This document shows positions 8,843 to 18,160 of a stretch of DNA of 64,000 nucleotides, in pieces. Made by a program: the position numbers and the translations under genes. The notes beneath the pieces are model-generated. The model worked only from the letters and a program-made list of their open reading frames with translations, did not search any database and was not told the DNA's origin. Each line of letters opens with the position of its first letter. Position 1 is the stretch's first letter. Source of the stretch: Alphaproteobacteria bacterium (lineage in GTDB: Bacteria > Pseudomonadota > Alphaproteobacteria > GCA-2731375); NCBI GenBank assembly GCA_965232515.1, contig CBDDPY010000002.1:4288001-4352000 (forward strand), read 5' to 3'.

Positions 8843-10084
8843 TCAGCCCTTCACGCAGACCACCTGCTTCAGCGTGTGGACCACGTCGACCAGGTCGGTC
8901 TGGGCGGCCATGACGGCGTCGATGTCCTTGTAGGCCATCGGCGTCTCGTCGATGACACCCGTGTCCTTGCGGCATTCGACGCCCTCGGTGGCGGCGATGT
9001 GGTCCGCCTCCGTGAAGCGCCGCTTGGCCTCGGCCCGCGACATGGCGCGGCCGGCCCCGTGCGAGCACGACAGGAAGGCATCCGCGTTGCCCTTGCCGCG
9101 CACGATGTAGGACCGCACCCCCATGCTGCCCGGAATGATGCCGAGCTCGCCGTCGCCGGCGCGCACGGCCCCCTTGCGGGTGACCCAGACCCGGGCGCCG
9201 AAATGTTCCTCGCGGGCGACGTAGTTGTGGTGACAGTTGACCGCCACCTCGCCCACGCGGAAGTCCGTGAACGTCTCGGCCATGACCTCGAGGATCCGGG
9301 CCATCATGCATTCGCGGTTCGCCCGCGCGAAGGCCTGGGCCCAGCCGACCGCCTTGACGTAGTCGTTGAAGCCCTCGGTGCCCTCCGGCAGGTAGGCGAG
9401 ATCGGCGTCCGGCAGCCGGATGAACCAGCGCTCCATCTCGCGCTTGGCGCGCTCGATGAAATAGCTGCCGATGCGGTTGCCGATGCCGCGCGAGCCCGAG
9501 TGCAGCATCACCCACACCCGATCCGCTTGGTCGAGGCAGACCTCGACGAAGTGGTTGCCGGTGCCGAGCGTGCCCAGGTGATGCACGCTGTTGGCCTTGG
9601 CGAGCTTCGGGTGCTTCTCGGTTAGCGCCTTGAGCCCGGTCTCGAGCGTACCGTCGCGGTAAGGCGTGTCGCGCCATGCCGAGGCCACAACATCCGGCAC
9701 ATCGGTCCAGGCGCCGGCGTCGCGGCGGCGGTCACCCTTGCCGGTACGGCCATGCGGCACCGCGGCCTCGATGCCCGCGCGCAGGTCCGACAGGCTGTCG
9801 GGCAGGGCCTGCGAGGTCAGGCTGGTCTGCACCGCCATCATGCCGCAGCCGATGTCGACGCCGACCGCGGCCGGGATGATCGCGGCCTTGAGCGGGATCA
9901 CGCTACCGACGGTGGCGCCCATGCCCCAGTGCACGTCCGGCATCGCGGCGACATGCTTGTGCACGAACGGCAGGCTGGCAACGTTGCGGAGCTGCTTCAG
10001 CGCCGCATCTTCCACCGGCACGCCCTTGGTCCAGGCCTTGATCGGCGCGCCGCCTTCGGTCTCGATGTACTCGTACCCACTCAT
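8843..10084 (-). CDS. rtcB: RtcB family RNA ligase
   Basis: AMPDVH, AVGVDIGCG, LGTLGTGNHF, LHSGSRG, NCHHNY, HGAGR, DETPMAYK all intact; SD GAGGAGAGG. Confidence 0.96.
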   Translation of the reverse strand: MSGYEYIETEGGAPIKAWTKGVPVEDAALKQLRNVASLPFVHKHVAAMPDVHWGMGATVGSVIPLKAAIIPAAVGVDIGCGMMAVQTSLTSQALPDSLSDLRAGIEAAVPHGRTGKGDRRRDAGAWTDVPDVVASAWRDTPYRDGTLETGLKALTEKHPKLAKANSVHHLGTLGTGNHFVEVCLDQADRVWVMLHSGSRGIGNRIGSYFIERAKREMERWFIRLPDADLAYLPEGTEGFNDYVKAVGWAQAFARANRECMMARILEVMAETFTDFRVGEVAVNCHHNYVAREEHFGARVWVTRKGAVRAGDGELGIIPGSMGVRSYIVRGKGNADAFLSCSHGAGRAMSRAEAKRRFTEADHIAATEGVECRKDTGVIDETPMAYKDIDAVMAAQTDLVDVVHTLKQVVCVKG

Positions 10085-10138
10085 TGTTCCTCTCCTCAGA
10101 TGCGGGTCCCAAGATTGCGCCGCCCATGTCGGGTCATC

Positions 10139-10172
10139 AAAAAACCCCTCCGGAGCGGGTCTCGGGAGGGGT
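10139..10172 (-). terminator. Intrinsic terminator inside the rtcB 5' leader
   Basis: Minus strand ACCCCTCC-CGAGACCCGCTCC-GGAGGGGT followed by a T run (6 T), ending ~55 nt before the rtcB ATG. Confidence 0.8.
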
Positions 10173-10204
10173 CGCGGTGTGCTTGGCTGTGTTGCCTTGT
10201 CGGC

Positions 10205-10318
10205 TTAAGCGATGCGCACGCCCTCCTGGTCCGTGGCGGACAGTGTCCGCCCGGAATTCTTGCTGTTGGCGGCCGGGTAAGCCGCGACCGCTATCGTTGA
10301 GGTTTCTGAACTACGCAT
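10205..10318 (-). CDS. Putative 37-aa leader peptide (uORF) of rtcB
   Basis: MRSSETSTIAVAAYPAANSKNSGRTLSATDQEGVRIA*; stop ~33 nt before the terminator hairpin; translation unproven. Confidence 0.45.
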   Translation of the reverse strand: MRSSETSTIAVAAYPAANSKNSGRTLSATDQEGVRIA

Positions 10319-10376
10319 CGTTCCGCTCGCTTCGTGCCCGAGGCCGTTGCCTCGAAGCGGCTCTCGGAGGTCGAGG

Positions 10377-10405
10377 GTGATACAGCCTTCGGTCGCGCCG
10401 GTCAA
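10377..10405 (-). promoter_or_regulatory. Putative sigma70 promoter for the rtcB leader
   Basis: Minus strand TTGACC-N17-TATCAC. Confidence 0.5.
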
Positions 10406-10433
10406 GGTTTATGCCCGCAAAGCCGCTGTTCCG

Positions 10434-10502
10434 CGTCATGCTGGCGAAGGCCAGCATCCACGGCAGACTCGGAAATGGATCCTGGCCTGCGCCAGCATGA
10501 CG
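10434..10502. repeat. Alphaproteobacterial palindromic repeat, family B (CGTCAT...ATCCA / TGGAT...ATGACG)
   Basis: CGTCATGCTGGCGAAGGCCAGCATCCA-spacer-TGGATCCTGGCCTGCGCCAGCATGACG. Confidence 0.85.
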
Positions 10503-10521
10503 GCAGACGTGGAAGCTGCCG

Positions 10522-11481
10522 CTACTCGAAACTGAAGCCCATGGTGCGGCAGTGGTAGTAGAGGCCGCCGTCCTGGACGATGAGGCAGAGCATGCGCTCG
10601 GCGCCATCGTTGTGGTGCGAGTGCATTTCGGCCGGCGGCGTCACCATGACGGCGTTCTCGGCCCAGTCGATGCGCTGGCCGTCGATCACCGAATAGCAGT
10701 CGCGGCCCTGCACCGAGAGGGTGACGGCCACTGAGTTATGCCGGTGCGGCGTCTGCGCGTCGCCGGACGGCAGCGAGTTCATGGCGAGCGTCAACGTCGG
10801 CGTGATGTTGCGGACATCGGCCAACTTGTCGCTCGAAAAAATCAGCGCGTAGCCCGGCCGCGGCACGACATGCTCGAGCTCGGCATAGACGCGGTCGAAC
10901 TGCTGCGCGATCTCGGCCGCGGGATAGTGCACGGCCTGGACCAGCGCCTCGTCGGCCTTGGGCGGCTGAAAACGCTCGAAGGCGAGCTCGGGCTCGTTGG
11001 TGATCAGCCAGAGAATGCTGTCGGTATCGCCCGCGGTATGCACGCTTTCGTGTCCGCCCGGCAGTGAGAAGACGTCGCCTTCCGCCCAGTCGATGCGCTC
11101 AGCCCCATTCTCGGTATGGCCGGCGCCGGCGCAAACGTAATAGAGCTCGCCGCTAGCGATCAGGTTCGTCGACAGCGTCTCGCCCGCGCGGATGCGGACG
11201 TAGCGCGTCAGGATCAGCGGCGTCGTCGCCGGCGCGTCGAGGCCCATGGCGGCGCTGAGGTCGAGATCGATCAGGCCGGTCGGCGTATCGGCGGCGAAGG
11301 CCCGATCGCGCTCGGCCAGGAACTGGTGCTTCGGCACCGGCGGCTTCTTGATGTTGAAGGCGTTGCCGGAATGGAAGAACCGCGCCCGCCGCTGCTGCGG
11401 CGTCGCCGCGCCGTCGGCCGGCACGCCGTCGAAGCTATCCGTCCCGGTCTCGACCGCCGCCGTTTTCGCGCTCGCCATCAC
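10522..11481 (-). CDS. Bicupin dioxygenase-like protein (distant gentisate 1,2-dioxygenase relative)
   Basis: Two cupin repeats; C-terminal TPHRHNS...TPPAEMHSHHN...IVQDGG. Confidence 0.75.
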   Translation of the reverse strand: MMASAKTAAVETGTDSFDGVPADGAATPQQRRARFFHSGNAFNIKKPPVPKHQFLAERDRAFAADTPTGLIDLDLSAAMGLDAPATTPLILTRYVRIRAGETLSTNLIASGELYYVCAGAGHTENGAERIDWAEGDVFSLPGGHESVHTAGDTDSILWLITNEPELAFERFQPPKADEALVQAVHYPAAEIAQQFDRVYAELEHVVPRPGYALIFSSDKLADVRNITPTLTLAMNSLPSGDAQTPHRHNSVAVTLSVQGRDCYSVIDGQRIDWAENAVMVTPPAEMHSHHNDGAERMLCLIVQDGGLYYHCRTMGFSFE

Positions 11482-11535
11482 GTCCTCCCCACGCCGTTGC
11501 CTGCGACGATCTTACACGAAAACCAAGTCGGCCGG

Positions 11536-11633
11536 CTTCGAGACGCCGGCTACGCCGGCTCCTCAGCCTGAGGTGGAGGAGATTGAAAACGAGAATGCCT
11601 CAGCCTGAGGAGGCCCGAAGGGCCGTCTCGAAG
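11536..11633. repeat. REP-like palindromic element, family A
   Basis: CTTCGAGACGCCGGCTACGCCGGCTCCTCAGCCTGAGG...CCTCAGCCTGAGGAGGCCCGAAGGGCCGTCTCGAAG. Confidence 0.85.
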
Positions 11634-11641
11634 GCGGCAGG

Positions 11642-12049
11642 TCAGGACTTGGGCGGCAGGACGAGTTGGGTTTGCGTGACGAGCGCGGCGAGCTTGCCGG
11701 CTTCGGTGGTGATGCGGGTCTGCCAGACCATGGTGGTGCGGCCGCGATGCACGGGCGTGGTCTCGGCCGTGAGCGTGGTGCCGACGGGCGCGGCGGCCAC
11801 AAAGTTGGTCTTGCTTTCGATGGTCGTGGTGCCGGCGCCCTGGGGCAGGTTCAGGAACGTGGCGACGCCGCCGAGCGTATCGGCGAACGCCATCAGCGCG
11901 CCGCCATGCGCGACGGCCGGACGAGTGCAGAGATCGTCGCGGACCGGCAGTTCGGCAACGATGCGCTCGGGCGTCGCTTCCGTCAGACGAATACCCATCA
12001 GCTTGCCGAACGGCAGCATGTTCTCGTTGAGCATGTCGAGCTGGTCCAT
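11642..12049 (-). CDS. PaaI family thioesterase
   Basis: AHGGALMAFADTLGG, TTIESKTNF, HRGRTTMVWQT. Confidence 0.9.
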   Translation of the reverse strand: MDQLDMLNENMLPFGKLMGIRLTEATPERIVAELPVRDDLCTRPAVAHGGALMAFADTLGGVATFLNLPQGAGTTTIESKTNFVAAAPVGTTLTAETTPVHRGRTTMVWQTRITTEAGKLAALVTQTQLVLPPKS

Positions 12050-12287
12050 GTCATGTCCTCCGATCCGACGCGTTGGCTTCGCGCCATACTGACAGCGAGC
12101 ATCGTCGGTTCAATTACGTCCGAGGTAGGCGCGGACGGCAAGACAGCATTCACGGCAACTTGCGATGGGCGCCGGACTGCGCGAGCATTGATCCCGGCGA
12201 AATCGCCAGCTCGGCGAATCCCTTAGAGAACCGAATGACAAATGGCCGACGCACCGATGGCCGAAATGGAAGGGAGGTCCAGACATT

Positions 12288-13265
12288 ATGCCCATCAAAC
12301 TGACCCGGCGGGGCTTTAGCGGCGGAATGGCAGCGACAGTGGCGGCGGCGGGGCTGCCACGGCAAGCGGACGCCGCGGTGACGTTCAAATATGCCAACGC
12401 CTCGAACGAGCAGAACCTGAGCAATCAGTTCGCCGCCATGTTCCTGAAGGAGGTGGAGAAGCGCACGAACGGCGAGGTCAAGACGCAAATCCTCTACAAC
12501 ATGGGCGGCGAGAAATCGATCCTCGAAGGCGTGTCGCTGGGCACGCTCGACATGGCCGTGGTCGGTTATTCGGGCCTGCGCGAGTTCGACGTCTTCTACA
12601 CGCCCTATCTGCTGCGCGACATCCCGCACGGCGTCGAGGTGATGAAGGGGCCGATCGGCGAGCGTGCGGCGAAGGCGATGAAGGACCGCTACGATGTGCG
12701 CCTCGTCGGCGTCGGTTCGACGGGGCCATTCCTGCTCGGCATCAAGGAGCCGGCCGGGTCCTGGGCCGACCTGAAGGACCGCAAGATCCGCGTGCCGCAG
12801 TTCGAAGCCTATCTGGAAGCCATCGCGGCGCTGGACGCGCGGCCGACGCCGATCCCGTTCAACGAGGTCTATCTGGCCCTGCAGCAGGGGGTCGTCGAGG
12901 GGTTGGTGACGATCCTCAACGTCATGCTGGCGAACAAGTTCGTCGAGGTCTGCAAATACGTTGTCGCCAACGATTTCGGCGTCGGCCTGGACAAGTTCGT
13001 GGTCTCGGAGCGGAGCTGGAGCCGCATGACGCCGGCGCAGCAGCAGATCTTCCAGGATACCTATGACGAGATGATGCCGACCCACTTCGTCCAGCGGGCG
13101 ATCGACCAGGCCGCGCTGGACTTCAAGAAGTGGGAAGAGCTGAACGGCGCCGGCACCGTGCTGCGTCTCGACGCGGAACAGCTCCAGCGCACCATGGAGC
13201 CGGTCGGCCGCAAGCTGGCCGACGACATCTACGGGCCCGGCGCCTACGACCTGTTCCAGGCCTGA
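12288..13265 (+). CDS. dctP: TRAP transporter substrate-binding protein
   Basis: Tat-like LTRRGF signal, DLKDRKIRVP, PTPIPFNEVYLALQQGVVEG. Confidence 0.9.
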   Translation: MPIKLTRRGFSGGMAATVAAAGLPRQADAAVTFKYANASNEQNLSNQFAAMFLKEVEKRTNGEVKTQILYNMGGEKSILEGVSLGTLDMAVVGYSGLREFDVFYTPYLLRDIPHGVEVMKGPIGERAAKAMKDRYDVRLVGVGSTGPFLLGIKEPAGSWADLKDRKIRVPQFEAYLEAIAALDARPTPIPFNEVYLALQQGVVEGLVTILNVMLANKFVEVCKYVVANDFGVGLDKFVVSERSWSRMTPAQQQIFQDTYDEMMPTHFVQRAIDQAALDFKKWEELNGAGTVLRLDAEQLQRTMEPVGRKLADDIYGPGAYDLFQA

Positions 13266-13290
13266 CGCCGGTCAGCAACGCCATATCGAC

Positions 13291-13324
13291 AGCCCCGCCC
13301 GCCAAGACCTGGCCGGGCGGGGCT
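13291..13324 (+). terminator. GC-rich hairpin after dctP (mRNA stabiliser or weak terminator)
   Basis: AGCCCCGCCC...GGGCGGGGCT 10-bp stem, no U-tract. Confidence 0.5.
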
Positions 13325-13359
13325 CCCATTACGATCCGCTGTCCGGAAGGAGCTCCGCC

Positions 13360-13839
13360 ATGGAATCCGGCGACGTCCAGCCGCAAGGATATCTGCAAAC
13401 CGGCCTGCACCGCCTGACGGCCGCGTTGATGATCGCGATCACCGTGGTCGTGCTGTACGCGACCGTCATGCGCTACTTCTTCCAAGCGCCGCCGCTCTGG
13501 GGCGAGGACGTGCCGCGGGTGCTGTTCGTCTGGATGGTTTATATGGCGGCCGGGCTGGCGATCGCGCTGGGCCTGAACATCCGCGTCGCCTATTTCATCG
13601 AACGGGTGCCCGACCGCCCGCGCGCCTGGATCGAGGCGGCGATGCACCTCTCGGTGCTGGCGCTGCTGGTCGTGCTGTTCTTCAACAGCATTCCGCTGGT
13701 CGAGCTCAACCTGCGCGGCACCATGCTGTCGACGGGCTGGTCGAACGCCGTGTTCTATCTGCCGCTGCCGGTGGGCTGTCTGTTGATGGCCTGGTACGAG
13801 GCGAAACGCCTGTGGCGCTGCGTCGCCCGGCTGCGCTGA
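13360..13839 (+). CDS. dctQ: TRAP transporter small permease
   Basis: Four TM segments, MRYFF..P.LWGEDVPR motif; position in the TRAP operon. Confidence 0.88.
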   Translation: MESGDVQPQGYLQTGLHRLTAALMIAITVVVLYATVMRYFFQAPPLWGEDVPRVLFVWMVYMAAGLAIALGLNIRVAYFIERVPDRPRAWIEAAMHLSVLALLVVLFFNSIPLVELNLRGTMLSTGWSNAVFYLPLPVGCLLMAWYEAKRLWRCVARLR

Positions 13840-13852
13840 CGGCGGCGCGAAC

Positions 13853-15142
13853 ATGCTGCTGCTGATCGGCCTCACCTTCGTTCTGATCTTCCTGGGCATG
13901 GAAATCTGCTGGGCGATCGGCATCGCCTGCCTCAGCTATCTGATCCTGGGCAACGTTACCGGCGACAATCCGCTGCCCTTCGTATTGTTCTCGCAACAGG
14001 TGGTCGACGGCGTCGACAGCTTTCCCCTGCTGGCAATCCCGCTGTTCATCTTCGCCGGCCTGTTGATGTCGGCTTCGGGCATCACCGCCCGCCTGATCCG
14101 ATGCGCCGGCGCCTTCGTCGGTCATATCCACGGCGGGTTGGCGAACGTCGCGGTGACGTCGAACTTCCTGATGTCGGGCATGTCGGGCTCGGCCATCGCG
14201 GACGCGGCGTCGACCGGCTCGGTGCTGATCCCGGAGATGAAACGCAAGGGCTACCCGGCCGCTTTCGCCTGCGCCGTGATCGCCGCCGCCTCGACCGTCG
14301 GGCCGATCATTCCGCCGTCGATCATGTTCGTGCTGCTGGGGGCCATCATCAACCTGTCGGTCGGCAAGCTGTTCCTGGGCGGCGTGCTGCCGGGCGCCTT
14401 CATGTTCATCGCCATGTTCGTGCTGACCTACATGATCTGCCGCTGGCGCGCCTATCCGCGCGAGCCCCGGGTCGGCTGGCGCGAGCGCGGCACCGCCGTG
14501 CTGGCGGCGCTGTTGCCGCTGGCCGCGCCGTTGGTCGTCGTGCGCAGCATGGTCGTCGGCGTCGCCACGCCGACGGAGGCCGCCGCGATCCTGGTGTTCT
14601 ACGTGCTGATCGTCGGCGTTGTCTTCTACCGCTCGCTGTCGGTCGACGCGATCATGCACTGCGCGGCACGGGCCGGCCTGTTGACGGCCGCCATCATGCT
14701 GGTGGTGGCGACATCGAAGATGTTCACCTGGCTCGCCGTGCAGGAGGATTTCGGCGCCGCGATCGCGAGCGCCATGCTGGCGATTTCCGACAACGTCTAC
14801 GTGCTGCTGCTGCTGACCAACGTCGTGCTGCTGATCCTGGGCGCCCTGATGGATCCGCTGCCGATCATCCTGGTGCTGGGGCCGATCCTGTTTCCGCTGT
14901 TCGCGAGCATGGGCATCGACCCGATCCACTTCGGCGTGGTGATGACCGTCAACCTGATCCTCGGCCTGACAACGCCGCCCGTCGGATTGATCCTGACCGT
15001 GGTCGGCGTGATCGGTCGTTCCGACGTGATGGCGATCTTCCGCGCGGCCGTGCCCTATATCGCCACCCTGTTCCTGGTGCTGCTGGCCATCACCTTCGTG
15101 CCGCCGATCGTGCTCTGGCTGCCGAACCTGCTGTTGCCATGA
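13853..15142 (+). CDS. dctM: TRAP transporter large permease
   Basis: LLAIPLFIFAG, SGSAIADA, GPIIPPSI, TPTEAA, IDPIHFG, TPPVG. Confidence 0.93.
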   Translation: MLLLIGLTFVLIFLGMEICWAIGIACLSYLILGNVTGDNPLPFVLFSQQVVDGVDSFPLLAIPLFIFAGLLMSASGITARLIRCAGAFVGHIHGGLANVAVTSNFLMSGMSGSAIADAASTGSVLIPEMKRKGYPAAFACAVIAAASTVGPIIPPSIMFVLLGAIINLSVGKLFLGGVLPGAFMFIAMFVLTYMICRWRAYPREPRVGWRERGTAVLAALLPLAAPLVVVRSMVVGVATPTEAAAILVFYVLIVGVVFYRSLSVDAIMHCAARAGLLTAAIMLVVATSKMFTWLAVQEDFGAAIASAMLAISDNVYVLLLLTNVVLLILGALMDPLPIILVLGPILFPLFASMGIDPIHFGVVMTVNLILGLTTPPVGLILTVVGVIGRSDVMAIFRAAVPYIATLFLVLLAITFVPPIVLWLPNLLLP

Positions 15143-16746
15143 GCGCGTCGGACAGCTTCGACTATGTCATCGTCGGCGCCGGCTCGGCCGGCTGTGTGCT
15201 GGCGGCGCGGTTGAGTGAGGACCCTGATGTCCGCGTTCTGCTGCTGGAGGCCGGCGGCCGCGACAGCAATCCGTTCATCCACATCCCGGCCGGCTATTTC
15301 CGCACGCTCGACAATCCGGCCGTCAACTGGCGGTACCGCAGCGAGCCCGAGCCGGGCACGGCCGGCCGTGAGATCCCGTTTCCCCGCGGCAAGGTGCTCG
15401 GCGGCTCGAGCTCGATCAACGGCCATGTTTTCGTACGCGGCCAGGCCGGCGACTACGACGGCTGGGCCCAACTCGGCAACCGCGGTTGGTCCTATGACGA
15501 CGTGCTGCCGTATTTCCAGCGGATGGAGAACTGGACGGGGCCGGACCACGCACTGCGCGGCCGCGGCGGTCCGCTGCAGGTGCAGGAGCACGGCGAGCGT
15601 CACGTCCTGACCGAGGCCTTCATCGCCGCCGCCGAACAGCTCGGCTTGCCGCGCAACCCGGACTACAACGCCGGCGACCAGGAAGGCGTCGGCTACTTTC
15701 AAACCGTGATGCGGGACGGCCGCCGGCTGAGCACGGCGCGCGCCTATCTGAAACCGGCCGAGGCGCGGCGGAACCTGACGGTCGAAACCGGGGCGGCCGT
15801 GCAGCGCATCACCGTCGACGGGCGTCGCGCCACCGGCGTCGTCTACCGGCGGGACGGCCACACCATGACGGCGACGGCGAAACGCGAGGTGCTCCTCTCG
15901 GCCGGCACCATCGCCTCGCCGCAAGTGCTGCAGCTTTCGGGCATCGGGCCAGGCGCGCATCTGACCGGCCTGGGCATCGCCGTCGTTCACGACCTGGCGG
16001 GCGTCGGCCGCAATCTGCAGGATCACTATATCGCCCGCGTCGCCTGGCGGGTGACGCAACCCGTCACCATCAACGAGCAGGCGCGCGGCCTGCGTTTCCT
16101 GGGCGAGCTGGCGCGCTATGCCCTGTTCCGGCGTGGCCTGCTGTCGTTGCCGGCCGCCCATGTCGGCGCCTCGGTGCGGCTGGCGCCCGGCGCGGCCGAC
16201 CCCGACGTGCAGATGATCCTGGCGCCCGGCAGCTATGCCGGCGGCCAGCTCGGCAAGCTGGAACGCGAGCCCGGCATGACCTGCGGCATCTGGCGGCACC
16301 GGCCGGAGAGCCGGGGCGAGGTGATGATCCGCTCGGCCGATCCGGCCGCGCCGCCGGCGATCCGGCCGAACTATCTGTCGGCCGCCAGCGACGGCGAGCT
16401 GACGGTGGCGGCGATCCGCTTTGCCCGCCGGCTGATCGCGACACCGCCGTTCGATCCCTATCGCGGACCCGAGATTCTGCCGGGCATCGACATCGAGAGC
16501 GACGCCGACATCCTCGACTATGCCCGGCGCAACGGCAGCACCGTCTATCACCCCGTCGGCACCTGCCGTATGGGCCCCGATCCCCATTCCGATGCCGTGG
16601 TCGACGATCGGCTGCGCGTGCATGGGCTTGACGGCCTGCGCGTGGTCGACGCCTCGGTCATGCCGCGCCTGCCGGCGGCGAACACGAACGCACCGACGAT
16701 CATGATCGCCGAGAAGGCGGCCGATCTGATTCGCGCCGACGCCTGA
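15139..16746 (+). CDS. GMC oxidoreductase (choline dehydrogenase-like)
   Basis: [54 protein letters not shown]. Confidence 0.93.
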   Translation: MSASDSFDYVIVGAGSAGCVLAARLSEDPDVRVLLLEAGGRDSNPFIHIPAGYFRTLDNPAVNWRYRSEPEPGTAGREIPFPRGKVLGGSSSINGHVFVRGQAGDYDGWAQLGNRGWSYDDVLPYFQRMENWTGPDHALRGRGGPLQVQEHGERHVLTEAFIAAAEQLGLPRNPDYNAGDQEGVGYFQTVMRDGRRLSTARAYLKPAEARRNLTVETGAAVQRITVDGRRATGVVYRRDGHTMTATAKREVLLSAGTIASPQVLQLSGIGPGAHLTGLGIAVVHDLAGVGRNLQDHYIARVAWRVTQPVTINEQARGLRFLGELARYALFRRGLLSLPAAHVGASVRLAPGAADPDVQMILAPGSYAGGQLGKLEREPGMTCGIWRHRPESRGEVMIRSADPAAPPAIRPNYLSAASDGELTVAAIRFARRLIATPPFDPYRGPEILPGIDIESDADILDYARRNGSTVYHPVGTCRMGPDPHSDAVVDDRLRVHGLDGLRVVDASVMPRLPAANTNAPTIMIAEKAADLIRADA

Positions 16747-16766
16747 GCATCGGGCGCCTGTTGCGA

Positions 16767-17726
16767 TCAGGCCGTTTCGGCCAACGACTTGAACCGTTCC
16801 GTCGCGGCGATCAACGCGGCCTTGGTGCCGGGCTCGCTGGCTGCGTGGCCGGCGTCGGGCACGATCTTATAGGTCGCTTCCGGCCAGGCCCGGGCAAGCT
16901 CGTCGGCGGAAGCGATGGGGCAGACGATGTCGTAGCGGCCCTGGACGATGGCACACGGCAGATGGCGGATGCGGTCGAGCCCGGCCAGCAGTTCGTCCTC
17001 GCCAACGAAGCAATCGTTGACGAAGTAGTGCGCTTCGATACGGGCGATGCCGAGCGCCGTGGTGCCGTCCTCGAACGCCGCCGCGACATCGGCGTCCGGC
17101 AGCAGGGTCGAGCAGGCGCCCTCGTAGCGGCTCCAGGCATGCGCGGCGGCCATGCGCGCCGTCTCGTCGTCGCCGGTCAGGCGCGCGTAATAGGCGCCGA
17201 GCAGATCGCCGCGTTCGGATGTGGGCAGATGCTCGGCAAAGTCGCGCCAGGCCTCGGGGAAGATCCGGGCCATGCCGGTAACGAACCAGTCGATCTCGCG
17301 GCGCCGACCGAGGAAGATGCCGCGCAGCACCAGGCCGGTGACGGCGTGCGCATGCGCCTGGGCATAGGCGAGCGCCAGGGTGGAGCCCCAGGAACCGCCG
17401 AACACCAGCCAGCGTTCGATGCCGAGCGCGTCGCGCAGGCGTTCGATGTCGGCGACCAGGTGCTGGGTCGTGTTGTCGGCGAGTTCGCCGAGCGGCGTCG
17501 AGCGCCCGGCGCCGCGCTGGTCGAACAGCACGATGCGGTAATGGTCCGGATCGAAATAGCGCCGGTGCGTGGGCGAGCAGCCGGAGCCCGGACCGCCGTG
17601 CAGGAAGACCGCCGGCGCGCCGTCGGGATTGCCGCATTCCTCCCAATGGATCTCATGCGTGTCGTCGAGCCGCAGGCGGCCGCTGCGATAGGGCGCGATC
17701 TCCGGAAACAGGTCGCGCCTGGTCAT
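16767..17726 (-). CDS. pip: Proline iminopeptidase
   Basis: FLHGGPGSG, FDQRGAGRSTP, FGGSWGSTL, LRGIFL, QGRYDIVCP, AGH. Confidence 0.93.
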   Translation of the reverse strand: MTRRDLFPEIAPYRSGRLRLDDTHEIHWEECGNPDGAPAVFLHGGPGSGCSPTHRRYFDPDHYRIVLFDQRGAGRSTPLGELADNTTQHLVADIERLRDALGIERWLVFGGSWGSTLALAYAQAHAHAVTGLVLRGIFLGRRREIDWFVTGMARIFPEAWRDFAEHLPTSERGDLLGAYYARLTGDDETARMAAAHAWSRYEGACSTLLPDADVAAAFEDGTTALGIARIEAHYFVNDCFVGEDELLAGLDRIRHLPCAIVQGRYDIVCPIASADELARAWPEATYKIVPDAGHAASEPGTKAALIAATERFKSLAETA

Positions 17727-18160
17727 GTCCGGTCCTCGCCGCGCGGCCGCCAGGTCGCCGTGGCGCTGGCCGTGGCCAGCAACGTATCGTCGGCCGCCAG
17801 CAGCCGGCCTTCGGTGAAGACGATGTTGCGGCCGGAACGCACGACCGTGCCCTCGCCGATCAACACGCCCGGCATGGCCGGCCTGAGGAAGTTGATCTTC
17901 AGCTCCAGCGTCGGCACGAAGCGGCCGAAATCGACGGTGGCGATGGCGGCCATCGCCATGGCCTCGTCCAGCATCGCGGCCTGGAAGCCGCCCTGCAGCA
18001 TGCCCATGGGATTGCAGAATTCCGGCTTGCCGTCGAACTGCAGCCGGGCGAAGCCGCGCGCATCGATGTCCAGCAATTGCGGCGACAGCAGCGAGGCCGC
18101 CGGCGAATGCGGCCGGTCGGCGTAACGCGCGCGCAGGTCGGGCGATCCGGCGTCGTTCAT
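17723..18160 (-). CDS. PaaI family thioesterase
   Basis: NPMGMLQGGFQAAMLD, PTLELKINFLRP; 4-bp overlaps with both neighbours. Confidence 0.87.
   Translation of the reverse strand: MNDAGSPDLRARYADRPHSPAASLLSPQLLDIDARGFARLQFDGKPEFCNPMGMLQGGFQAAMLDEAMAMAAIATVDFGRFVPTLELKINFLRPAMPGVLIGEGTVVRSGRNIVFTEGRLLAADDTLLATASATATWRPRGEDRT

Noticed and set aside
10205-10370. rtcB leader considered as a tRNA or Y RNA-like gene
   Set aside because: No T-loop GTTCRA or CCA end recognisable and no Ro/TROVE gene nearby; retained only as a structured leader
8733-11633. Repeats considered as a CRISPR array
   Set aside because: Dispersed palindromes separated by whole genes, no regular repeat-spacer period, no cas genes
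14101-15138. N-terminal extension making the GMC ORF 881 aa
   Set aside because: Arg/Gly-rich read-through overlapping dctM; the real start is ATG 15139, just before the FAD-binding motif
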